Source: Planctomycetes bacterium DG_23 (GTDB lineage: Bacteria; Planctomycetota; DG-23). Taken from it: a stretch of DNA of 35,733 bases. Shown here piece after piece: positions 23,701-31,076 of this stretch. The notes under the pieces were generated by a model, which did not search any database, was not told the origin of the DNA, and worked only from the letters and a program-made list of their open reading frames with translations. The stretch is taken from positions 1-35,733 of the forward strand of contig LIZR01000005.1 in assembly GCA_001302825.1 (NCBI GenBank). Direction: 5' to 3'. Numbering within the stretch: position 1 is the stretch's first letter; each line of letters begins with the position of its first letter. The translations under genes and the position numbers were made by a program.

Positions 23701-24464
23701 CCCCGGCAACTGCTCTGGCGGCAAACGAGCGAATGGAAACTCTCTCTCTACCCAGCGAAGACGATGCGCCATTTGATCTGGCGGCTCTGGCCTCTTCCGA
23801 GACGGACTGGCTCGCCTACAAAGAGGAGATGGATAAGTTGCGCAAGAAAATCTCTTCGTTGGGGAATGTCAATTTGGAGGCCCTTTCCCAGGAGGAAGAA
23901 CTCCAGAAGCGGGTGTCTTTTCTCACCGCTCAGGAGGAAGACCTCAAGAAGGCTAAGGGAGAACTCCTGGAGGTCATCTCCCGCATAAATCGCAAAAGCC
24001 GTGAAATGTTCCTCGCCACCTTTTCTCTGGTGAGGGAAAATTTCCAGGAGATTTTCCGCAAACTCTTCGGGGGCGGGCGTGCTGATATATTTCTGGTGGA
24101 TGAAAGCGATGAGCTGGAATCGGATGTGGAGATAATCGCCCGGCCTCCGGGCAAAGAGGTCAAGTCCATTACGCTGCTTTCCGGCGGCGAAAGTGTGCTC
24201 GCGGCTATGGCCTTGTTTTTCGCTATCCTTAAGGCCAGACCCTCGCCTTTTTGTATCTTGGATGAGGTGGATGCCGCTCTGGATGAGGCCAATACCGTCC
24301 GCTTCCTTCTGGTACTTCAGGAATTCCTTAAAGGCACTCAATTTGTCATCATCACTCACAACAAGCGCACTATGAGCGCGGCGGGCGCCCTTTACGGTGT
24401 CACTATGCAAAAATCTGGCATCTCCAAAAGAATAGCCGTGAAGTTCCAGGGAGAAGCAGCCTGA
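20760..24464 (+). CDS. smc: Chromosome partition protein SMC
   Basis: 1234 aa. MFLKQLKISGFKSFGEKTEF, Walker A GPNGCGKSN, long coiled coils, a hinge region (GIKGLLADFV...), signature LSGGE and Walker B ILDEVDAALD. Confidence 0.95.
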   Translation: MFLKQLKISGFKSFGEKTEFLFDQGLTALVGPNGCGKSNLVDAVKWILGEQSPKSLRAREMADLIYDGGASERALGFAEATLVLSLDGHDSQAEDGEVLITRRVYQSGEGEYLLNNEPCRLRDIRELLMDTGLGASAYSVIEQGKVDFLLSAGRQERRMILDEAAGINKFKQRKKEALAKLDRVEMNLLRLGDIIQEVKHQLRSIKYQAGRARTFRRLKRLLHTMQLTWALHNYHGLYSEKESRERELSLLTKKKSGLETKAREIAQRREHLEAQASSLRNEAAHLTQQKATLKAQETSLSEQIEFNEKRIEELTQETDRLQRSEAHIRKRLAELEVQISDETKALANLQEEKGKNERRLEESRRESQEIASRLQELRLHLATRKNQVVEIASVLARLQNKKAVLTTQQESQKHGLKRLKTKASEVRSQLEAILSRKDALKNNETQLLTQDEALEHALGELRGKAHQLETALAEIAQKCARNLRLSEALASQRELLQNLISRREGVDAGAAAVLEASSQNRLQGIKGLLADFVSVSQAFALAVEAALEDIEQYIITENRKAALAALDFVDKKNHRAAFIPLDAFKSSSFIVNRSPAKGEGRAASGERLDFPIPLISVVEAEETARAVVESLLSDFFLVENLAQAEALRANGYADKILVTLDGEIVKPPGIIAGGKQGGGGLIMRSSRLAEIEEHLRVLAQEHISLEEEKEKKSLELQNMQKQSSSLEANRRELAEKLVQCRNELSRVSLSEKTLSDETEVSRLEIEEVEAELNRLRFEDEGLGNEINQKSEDKSQTEAEVASLEGEIRATEEESLRLGSLVAKLEVTITEGEKRFEAAQSLLGELRKNLAERSEELSAMEEKRCVTRNKIAQTEREIEAKKTLLVQVRQECAQANAELSRLQQKENALASSLRETASAQDEINASISEVSQEISRLELAQKETCVRMTNWEERIEEEFSERLSHLHSRFLSSASDPDAVASPATALAANERMETLSLPSEDDAPFDLAALASSETDWLAYKEEMDKLRKKISSLGNVNLEALSQEEELQKRVSFLTAQEEDLKKAKGELLEVISRINRKSREMFLATFSLVRENFQEIFRKLFGGGRADIFLVDESDELESDVEIIARPPGKEVKSITLLSGGESVLAAMALFFAILKARPSPFCILDEVDAALDEANTVRFLLVLQEFLKGTQFVIITHNKRTMSAAGALYGVTMQKSGISKRIAVKFQGEAA

Positions 24465-24556
24465 CCTTTCTTTGTGGGTGAAGTGGTCCGCTGATAACAT
24501 CAAATTTTATATTGCAAGCGCTGTCCAATTTTTATTATCCTTCTTGCCAGGTGCTT

Positions 24557-25648
24557 ATGAAATCCTTATTTGAAAAGGCTCGAATTGGGGACCTTACGCT
24601 GCCCAATCGTCTGGTGCGCTCGGCCACCGGAGAACGGGCTGCCGATGACGGCGGCCGGGTGACTGACGATTTGGTGCATATTATAGAGAAGTTGGCGGAA
24701 GGGGAGGTGGGCCTTATAATCTTAGGTCACTCGTTCGTCCATCCTCCGGGTAGAGTTAGCCGGAAGATGACCGGGATACATCAAGACGGCCTCATCAGCG
24801 GGCTTACTCGCATTACCGAGGCCGTGCATAGATATGATTCCAGGGTAGCACTCCAGATAAATCACGCCGGACGCCAGACATCCAAAGAGATTATCGGTGG
24901 TCTGCCACTGGTTCCTTCCCTGGTGCCAGAGTACGCCCCCAAAGGTGAGGTTAAGGTTTTAACCGATAAAGATATAGAAGAAATCATAGAGTGCTTCGCC
25001 CAGGCGGCAAGGCGAGGTAAAGAGGCCGGTTTCGATGCCGTCCAGATTCATGCCGCCCACGGCTATTTGGTGAGCCAGTTTCTTTCACCTATGATGAATC
25101 ACCGCCAGGACAAATGGGGTGGTAGCCCGGCAGGAAGGATGCGCTTTTTGCAGGAGATAGTGCGGCGCACGCACAGACTCCTCGGCTCTAATTTCCCCCT
25201 TTTAGTCAAACTTAACGCTGACGAATTTATTGAAGGAGGCTTGAGGATTGAAGAATCCTGTGAGGTATCCGGGATGCTTGAGGCCGAAGGGATAGATGCT
25301 ATTGAAATCTCCGGCGGCATAAGAGAGACGGCCAGTCTTATCATACGCAAAGACATAGACGCGCCGGAGAAGGAGGCCTATTTTCTTCCCTATGCTCGCA
25401 AGTTGCGCCAGGCGACGAGTATCCCGTTAATCCTGGTGGGCGGGATAAGGACACTTGCTGTGATGGAGCGGATTTTAGGAGACGGCGAGGCGGATTTCAT
25501 TTCTATGTGTCGGCCCTTTATCCGCCAGCCGGACCTGACCAGGAAACTCAAAAACCGTGAGACGACTGAGGCCAGTTGTATTTCTTGCAGCCGCTGCTCC
25601 CAGGAGCGCGAGCGCCCGGTTTACTGCCCATTAGACGAAACCTACTGA
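24557..25648 (+). CDS. Old-Yellow-Enzyme family FMN oxidoreductase with a C-terminal [4Fe-4S]-type Cys motif and no fused FAD/NAD(P)H module
   Basis: ATG 24557. LFEKARIGDLTLPNRLVRSATGE, QINHAGRQ, VQIHAAHGYLVSQFLSP..N.R.D.WGGS and LILVGGIR are OYE TIM-barrel motifs. It ends with CISCSRCSQERERPVYCP (C-x2-C-x2-C-x10-C). Confidence 0.85.
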   Translation: MKSLFEKARIGDLTLPNRLVRSATGERAADDGGRVTDDLVHIIEKLAEGEVGLIILGHSFVHPPGRVSRKMTGIHQDGLISGLTRITEAVHRYDSRVALQINHAGRQTSKEIIGGLPLVPSLVPEYAPKGEVKVLTDKDIEEIIECFAQAARRGKEAGFDAVQIHAAHGYLVSQFLSPMMNHRQDKWGGSPAGRMRFLQEIVRRTHRLLGSNFPLLVKLNADEFIEGGLRIEESCEVSGMLEAEGIDAIEISGGIRETASLIIRKDIDAPEKEAYFLPYARKLRQATSIPLILVGGIRTLAVMERILGDGEADFISMCRPFIRQPDLTRKLKNRETTEASCISCSRCSQERERPVYCPLDETY

Positions 25649-25662
25649 CAAAATGGTGGGCT

Positions 25663-26664
25663 ATGTCCCGACTACCGCTGGGTAAACTCAAATCCGAACT
25701 ACTGGATAAGTTGCTCACGCTTTATAAGGGCCAGGCTGACTCTTCCGTAGTCCTGGGGCCCCGGATAGGCGAGGATGCTGCGGTTATTGACCTGGGCGAT
25801 AGATACCTCATAGCCAAAACCGACCCCATCACCTTTGCTACTGAGGAGATAGGCTGGTATGCGGTGCACATAAACGCCAACGATGTGGCCACCACCGGGG
25901 CCCGGCCGCGCTGGTTCCAGGCCGCGCTGCTTCTCCCGGAAGCCTCCCCGGAGGATTTGGCCGAGCAAATTTTCGCTCAGATGGACCGGGCGATGAAAGA
26001 ACTGGGTGTGGCCTTAGTTGGAGGCCACACCGAAATTACCTACGGCCTGGACCGGCCTATAGTAGTAGGCTCTATGTTCGCCGAGATAGAAAAGGATAAA
26101 CTCGTCCAGAAAACGAATATCCAGGTGGGCGATGAAATCATCCTCACCAAAGGGATAGTAATAGAGGGAACGGCTGTCATCGCCCGGGAAAAAGAAAAGG
26201 GACTCAAAGAAGATTTTCCTCCCGAATTCATTCAGCGGGCGAGAAATTATCTCTATGAGCCGGGGATAAGCGTGGTGGAGGATGCGCTCATCGCCGCTTC
26301 TGCCGGCGCTTGCGCTTTGCACGACCCCACCGAAGGCGGCCTTAATATGGGGCTCTGGGAACTGGCCACTACCTCGGGGAAAGGAATTGTCCTTTACGAG
26401 GACCAGGTTCCCATACTACTGGAAGCAAAGGCATTGTGCGAGCGTTTCGGCCTCAATCCTTTCGGAACCATCACCTCCGGAAGCCTCTTGGTGGTCATAT
26501 CAGCAGAAAAATCCGCAGAGCTTCTGGCCCGCTATGAAGAAAAGGGCATTAAGGCGGCTAAGATTGGAGAGATTACCTCCAGCGGCCTGAGTGTGAAGCG
26601 CCAGGGAAAGATTTACGATTTGAAATATAGCGAAAAGGATGAGATCACCAGGATTTTTGAGTGA
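25663..26664 (+). CDS. AIR-synthase-related protein (PurM/HypE/ThiL/SelD superfamily)
   Basis: ATG 25663. RIGEDAAVIDLGDRYLIAKTDPITF...YAVHINANDVATTGARP, VGGHTEIT and HDPTEGGL follow the PurM-superfamily ATP-binding N- and C-domain pattern. The subfamily is not resolved. Confidence 0.75.
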   Translation: MSRLPLGKLKSELLDKLLTLYKGQADSSVVLGPRIGEDAAVIDLGDRYLIAKTDPITFATEEIGWYAVHINANDVATTGARPRWFQAALLLPEASPEDLAEQIFAQMDRAMKELGVALVGGHTEITYGLDRPIVVGSMFAEIEKDKLVQKTNIQVGDEIILTKGIVIEGTAVIAREKEKGLKEDFPPEFIQRARNYLYEPGISVVEDALIAASAGACALHDPTEGGLNMGLWELATTSGKGIVLYEDQVPILLEAKALCERFGLNPFGTITSGSLLVVISAEKSAELLARYEEKGIKAAKIGEITSSGLSVKRQGKIYDLKYSEKDEITRIFE

Positions 26665-26673
26665 GGGCGGTCC

Positions 26674-27753
26674 TTGAAGGAAGATAAAAGGGAAATGGTC
26701 TATGAGGCCCTCAGGTTTAAGGAGCCTACCCTTCTTCCTTACCATATAGATGTCCTTGCGCCGGTGGCCGAGAAACTGAAGACCCATTTCGCCACAGACG
26801 ATATTGATGCGGCTATGGGGAATTTCCTGCGCTGGCTGAGTATGGAGAAACAGTGGCAGGAACTACCAGGCGGCCCGGGCAGGCTACCCATCCCCGCCGA
26901 AGGCGGGCAGGCGGCCCGGTCGCCTCGGCGACACGCCCGTATGGGCGGCAGGGCCCTGGATGAATTCGCCGTTATCTGGCGAACAACCGGCGTCAATCGT
27001 GGCTATGTGGTGGAGCATCCCTTAAAGGAACCCAGCCTCAAAGGTTATGAATTCCCTCAATTTGATTATGAGAAGAAACTCGGCTATTTTCCTTTTGCGG
27101 TTGAAAGAGGCAAGGGTCACTTTCTGGTGGCCTGGGTGGGCGACCTGTGGGAGAGGGCGCATTTCCTGCGGGGCCTGGACCATCTCCTGAGTGACCTTTT
27201 GCTCCATCCGGCCTTTGTTCACGAACTTCTCCAGCGGCTGGAGGAGATTATCTTGAGGAATATGGATGCTATGAGCCGCTATGTTGTGGACGCTTTTTTC
27301 CTGAGCGATGATTACGGCCTTCAGGAGAACTTGATGATGCGCCCAGCGACCTGGCGGGAGTTTATAAAGCCGCATCTGGTGAATATCTTCCGAAAAGGCC
27401 ACCAGTTGGGCAGGATTTGTTTTCTTCATTCTTGCGGAAATGTAAGCGAGATAGTGCCGGATTTAATTGAAGTGGGCCTTGATGTGCTTCATCCCATCCA
27501 GCCGGAGGCGATGGACATCGCCGGGTTGAAGAAAGAGTATGGAAGCGATTTAACTTTTTATGGTGGCCTGGGTACGCAACAAGTTTTAGTGCGGGGAAGC
27601 CCAGGAGAAGTGAGGGAAGAAGTGAAAAGGCTTGCTGAAGTGATGGGGCAGGGGGGTGGATATATTCTGGGGCCGGGGATTTCCATCCAGCACGATGTGC
27701 CTTTGGGTAACCTCCTGGCCTTAATTGAAGAAGCCAGCCTTCTGGCCAAGTAG
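26674..27753 (+). CDS. Uroporphyrinogen-decarboxylase (URO-D) family protein, MtaA/CmuA-like methyltransferase candidate, carrying an in-frame GC-rich insertion
   Basis: LSDDYG, ICFLHSCGNV, VLHPIQPEAMD, TFYGGLGTQ and GGGYILGPGISIQHDVP are URO-D-fold motifs. The start is either TTG 26674 or ATG 26695. Residues around PGGPGRLPIPAEGGQAARSPRRHARMGGR are encoded by repeat copy A. Confidence 0.75.
   Translation: MKEDKREMVYEALRFKEPTLLPYHIDVLAPVAEKLKTHFATDDIDAAMGNFLRWLSMEKQWQELPGGPGRLPIPAEGGQAARSPRRHARMGGRALDEFAVIWRTTGVNRGYVVEHPLKEPSLKGYEFPQFDYEKKLGYFPFAVERGKGHFLVAWVGDLWERAHFLRGLDHLLSDLLLHPAFVHELLQRLEEIILRNMDAMSRYVVDAFFLSDDYGLQENLMMRPATWREFIKPHLVNIFRKGHQLGRICFLHSCGNVSEIVPDLIEVGLDVLHPIQPEAMDIAGLKKEYGSDLTFYGGLGTQQVLVRGSPGEVREEVKRLAEVMGQGGGYILGPGISIQHDVPLGNLLALIEEASLLAK
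26887..26953 (+). repeat. GC-rich multi-hairpin REP-like element, copy A (inside a CDS, in frame)
   Basis: Contains hairpins CCGCC-GAA-GGCGG, GTCGCC-TC-GGCGAC and CGCCC-GTAT-GGGCG. By my hand alignment, about 57 of 68 aligned positions are identical to the reverse complement of 27782-27849. Confidence 0.75.
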
Positions 27754-27781
27754 CCCGTCAAGGGCCGGGCTATGCGGCCGT

Positions 27782-27849
27782 CCCTGCCGGCCGCTACGGG
27801 CGGGTCGCCCTGGCGACCAGGCCGCCTGTCCGCCTTCGGCGGATATGGG
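27782..27849 (-). repeat. GC-rich multi-hairpin REP-like element, copy B (between convergent genes, inverted relative to copy A)
   Basis: Same three-hairpin layout as copy A. It is flanked by CCTGCCGG / CCGGCAGG terminal inverted repeats (27851-27858 and 27783-27790 on the plus strand) and lies in the 128-bp gap between the stops at 27753 (+) and 27882 (-). Confidence 0.75.
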
Positions 27850-27881
27850 CCGGCAGGCGGGCTTCCGTTTGACGGATAGCC

Positions 27882-29807
27882 TCAAGGCAGCACGGTTATG
27901 GATAACAGACCGTCTTCATCGCGCACCTGGGTAGCCGAGATGTAGGTCAGATGTTGCTGCAAGACTTCCAGGCTGGGCAGAGGAACCTCCTCGCCAGTGG
28001 CTGCAGAGATTGTCGCAATGAGCGTATAGACTTGATCGAGAAGTTGGCCCAGGTCAGCATAAAAAAGTACCAGAGGCTGCGGTGGGAAACCGGCGGTGGC
28101 TTCCCGGAAAAGGGCATTTTCCTGAATGGTTGGCGCCGGCTCGGTCAGGCTGCGCAGGGCGGACTTCAAGAGGATATTGCTGGTGGAGAAGAAAAAGAAG
28201 TCGTCGGTCACCACATAGGCCGGGCCATCTATAGGCAGAGGTGGTGCCTCGGCCTCGCCCGGGGGCATAGCCATAAATGCCGGCGGTAAGAAAACATTTA
28301 TCCTGTAGCCCAGATAGTCCTGTTCTTGCACAGGAAACATCATCAAGGGAGGAATAGGGAGTTGTCTTATTTTGGAGAGGGCATCTGCAAATCTGCCGCT
28401 ATTTTCCAGGGCGCAAAAGACCACCACTGCCACGGTTCCTTCAGCGCCGTAAGCACTTTTGGGTACCACAAATAGACCGGCTTCATTACCCATAGAGCCT
28501 ATTAGGTCCTCCTCCAGGCTAAAATCAAATTCCGCTTCATACTGGGCCAATAGGGCTTGAAACTGGCCGAAATGCTCCATACCAGGTTCTGCGGACCGGG
28601 CCTCCAGTTGTGCCATTATCTGTTTCCAGTATTCTTGGTAATCCATAAATACATAAGAGTAGCAAATTGCTGCGGTGGGGGTGAAGCTCAGGGATCTTGC
28701 TGGAGGTATTTCTGATGGAAGTATCTTCATACTACCCGTAGGCATACCCGGTGCGTAGGTATAGGAGGTAAGTAGCGTTTTTCCCGGAGCAAGAGTTATT
28801 CCACCACCCATGGCCTTAATGGAGGCCTCTTCCATACTTGTGAATGAATCTCTCATTTGATTTTTAGGGCCGAAGGTGGCTCCGGGAGGTTGTGGAGGGC
28901 CGAATTCTCGGAAGAATTTCTCGCTTATTTCTTCTATGGGAAGGTCGTATAAGGGCTCACTATTAACGAAGAACACGGCGTCCGGTTTCTCGCCAACTTT
29001 GCTCGTGACATATCTATAAGTGGGGTTTTGGGAAAGCGGCGCCTGGAGTTGGGTTTTATAGCTGGCAATCATTCGCTCCAGCGCTTCCACGCCATAGGTG
29101 GCTATGAAAAGATTATCCATAAAGGCATAGGCCACGGCGACGGACGGATCTTCCTTATCCTCCAAGATATTGATGGCCACGCCGCGGCTTTCGGCGGTTT
29201 TGCGGTAAGGGGCGTTTTCCGCTGCGCTATCGAGGGTGCGTTCAATTATTTCCTCCAGGGCGGCTTGTTTTTCCCCTATGTCCGCAATGATGGCTAAGTA
29301 AGGGACGACTTTGGTTTCGCGAATTTCCACCTCTTTTTCAGGAAGTTTGCCGGTTTCAAAATCGAAATTTTCGAAGTCCACCGCATCCCAATCTACTTCC
29401 ATCTTTTTTTCGGTAGAGGTTTCAGTTTTTAGGTCAAAAAGGACAAAAGCCATCTCGCCCACGAACATCTCGGAGATTTCCTTGAAGGAAATGCCTATTT
29501 CCAGTTCCGCTTTTTGAAGGCCCTGGCGAGCCTCCTCCACGGTACTCTGGAGGAGATTTTGTATCTCCTCTTCCTCCCAGAGTTTATAGAGGTTGGTTTC
29601 CTTGAAATTTTCTTTTGTTTGGCTAATGTTTCTTACCGAGACATAGACCAGTGCAGTATCCGGGATAAAGGTGTCAAACGAGTCCGTTTCAGCAAGGGCT
29701 TGGGGCAGGGCCAGAATTAAAGTGAAAGTTAAAAGAAAAGCCACAAGCCAAGCCCTCTTGCCGCTTCGTTTGCCGAAAAACAGAGCGAGACCCCCGTCCT
29801 CTTTCAT
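27882..29807 (-). CDS. Secreted or membrane-anchored 641-aa protein of unknown function (possibly DUF3352-like)
   Basis: N-terminal signal/anchor (AWLVAFLLTFTLILALPQALA). No catalytic motif recognised. Its ATG at 29807 overlaps the protease stop by 1 nt (TAATG), implying translational coupling. The DUF3352 resemblance is recollection only. Confidence 0.6.
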   Translation of the reverse strand: MKEDGGLALFFGKRSGKRAWLVAFLLTFTLILALPQALAETDSFDTFIPDTALVYVSVRNISQTKENFKETNLYKLWEEEEIQNLLQSTVEEARQGLQKAELEIGISFKEISEMFVGEMAFVLFDLKTETSTEKKMEVDWDAVDFENFDFETGKLPEKEVEIRETKVVPYLAIIADIGEKQAALEEIIERTLDSAAENAPYRKTAESRGVAINILEDKEDPSVAVAYAFMDNLFIATYGVEALERMIASYKTQLQAPLSQNPTYRYVTSKVGEKPDAVFFVNSEPLYDLPIEEISEKFFREFGPPQPPGATFGPKNQMRDSFTSMEEASIKAMGGGITLAPGKTLLTSYTYAPGMPTGSMKILPSEIPPARSLSFTPTAAICYSYVFMDYQEYWKQIMAQLEARSAEPGMEHFGQFQALLAQYEAEFDFSLEEDLIGSMGNEAGLFVVPKSAYGAEGTVAVVVFCALENSGRFADALSKIRQLPIPPLMMFPVQEQDYLGYRINVFLPPAFMAMPPGEAEAPPLPIDGPAYVVTDDFFFFSTSNILLKSALRSLTEPAPTIQENALFREATAGFPPQPLVLFYADLGQLLDQVYTLIATISAATGEEVPLPSLEVLQQHLTYISATQVRDEDGLLSITVLP

Positions 29808-30898
29808 TACTTGCCTCCTTCCTCTCTTCTTTCCTCGGCTGGCTCCTCCTGTTTGCCCGGGCCCGTTTGGCCGGGCTCTTCAGAAGGTTTTTCCGCCTGC
29901 TTCCTCTTGGGAGGTGCCAGATACCTGTAACCCAGATTTGGGTTATCCTTGCCAAAAGCGAAGGCCGCCCGATTCTTTATGAAGTCCCGTACATAATTCA
30001 CCGGCACGGCAAAGGCGATGTTTTCCTGAAAATAACTTTTCAGGGTTACAACCCCTACCACCTGGCCGTAAATGTTAAATAAAGGGCCGCCGCTATTTCC
30101 CGGATTTACCGCAGCGGTGGTCTGGATATAAAGTATACCGCGGATATTTCTGGCCTTAGAACTTACTATTCCCTCGGAGACCGTGTGATGCCAGAGGAGG
30201 CGCTTAAAACCCTCCTTCTCCAGGGTGAAGGCCCCGGGATTGCCTATGGCCACCACCTGGTCGCCGGTTTTGAGTTTGTCTTCATCGCCAAATGGGGCTA
30301 CAGTGAGTTCCACACCTTCCAATGCCTCATCCTTTATCTTGAGCAAAGCGAGGTCGAAGTAGCGGTTGAAGGCCACTATCTCCACCTCCTCAATTCTTTT
30401 CCGTTCCACGCTCTCGCCCCGGCCGCCCACGCCGGATTTGGTGAAGATAGTGATGGCGTTTTTCCTTTCTCCCGCAATGACATGGTGGTTGGTAAGACAG
30501 TAACCATCCGAAGTGATGATGAAGCCCGTGCCCCAGCCCTTGGCGTTGCTTATGACTACCACTGAATTCTCATAGAGGTCTACCAGTTCTTTGACTGATT
30601 TTTCCGGCTCCGCTGGACCGGCGGGCTTATTCGTAAGAGCGAGAAGAAGGTCGGCCGGAAGGGGTTCGGTTTTTTCTACTTCTTGGAGGGTTTCTTTTTC
30701 TTTCTCGCGCTTTATCTCCAGGACTTCGGAGCGGGGGATCACCAAAACATCGTATCCCAAATCCACCACCACTACTTTTTCATCCTCTTTTAATATCTTT
30801 CCCTCTACTTGGGCCTTATCTTTAAGATATATGGTATCCGCCCAAATTGCTGAATACATTGTCAGCAGAAAAAATGTAAAGAAAATTCTCTTCAGCAT
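29807..30898 (-). CDS. Secreted trypsin-like (S1, HtrA/DegP-related) serine protease without a PDZ domain
   Basis: Signal peptide MLKRIFFTFFLLTMYSAIWA. Catalytic triad context CLTNHHVIAG (His), FDLALLKI (Asp), NPGNSGGPLF (Ser). It has an extra N-terminal small beta domain and an acidic/Pro-rich C-terminal tail. ATG 30898 with AAGGA upstream. Confidence 0.85.
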   Translation of the reverse strand: MLKRIFFTFFLLTMYSAIWADTIYLKDKAQVEGKILKEDEKVVVVDLGYDVLVIPRSEVLEIKREKEKETLQEVEKTEPLPADLLLALTNKPAGPAEPEKSVKELVDLYENSVVVISNAKGWGTGFIITSDGYCLTNHHVIAGERKNAITIFTKSGVGGRGESVERKRIEEVEIVAFNRYFDLALLKIKDEALEGVELTVAPFGDEDKLKTGDQVVAIGNPGAFTLEKEGFKRLLWHHTVSEGIVSSKARNIRGILYIQTTAAVNPGNSGGPLFNIYGQVVGVVTLKSYFQENIAFAVPVNYVRDFIKNRAAFAFGKDNPNLGYRYLAPPKRKQAEKPSEEPGQTGPGKQEEPAEERREEGGK

Positions 30899-30962
30899 CT
30901 CTTATCCTTAAGTCCTGCCACATCCGATGAGGCAAGATTTGCCATAAAAAGTAGCCCTTTTA

Positions 30963-30990
30963 ATTATACACTTTTGGGTTTGACTGTCAA
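30963..30990 (-). promoter_or_regulatory. Sigma70-like promoter for the protease / 641-aa protein operon
   Basis: On the minus strand: TTGACA (30990-30985), a 16-nt spacer, then TATAAT (30968-30963). Confidence 0.6.
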
Positions 30991-30992
30991 AC
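30978..30992. promoter_or_regulatory. Perfect 15-bp palindrome GTTTGACTGTCAAAC at the centre of a divergent promoter pair
   Basis: GTTTGAC-T-GTCAAAC read directly from the sequence. It contains TTGACT on the plus strand (30980-30985) and TTGACA on the minus strand (30990-30985). Confidence 0.8.
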
Positions 30993-31008
30993 GAAAACTT
31001 TTTATCTT
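30980..31008 (+). promoter_or_regulatory. Sigma70-like promoter for the FG-GAP gene
   Basis: TTGACT (30980-30985), a 17-nt spacer, then TATCTT (31003-31008). Confidence 0.5.
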
Positions 31009-31076
31009 TTCAAAATAATACGGAAATGCTACAATAAGCGACTAAGCACTGGCAGAATACTCTTATTACGGGGGAG

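Noticed and set aside
23748-24503. 251-aa minus-strand ORF at the 3' end of smc
   Set aside because: It is antisense to the SMC Walker B/signature region and its composition is low-complexity. I treat it as a shadow ORF.
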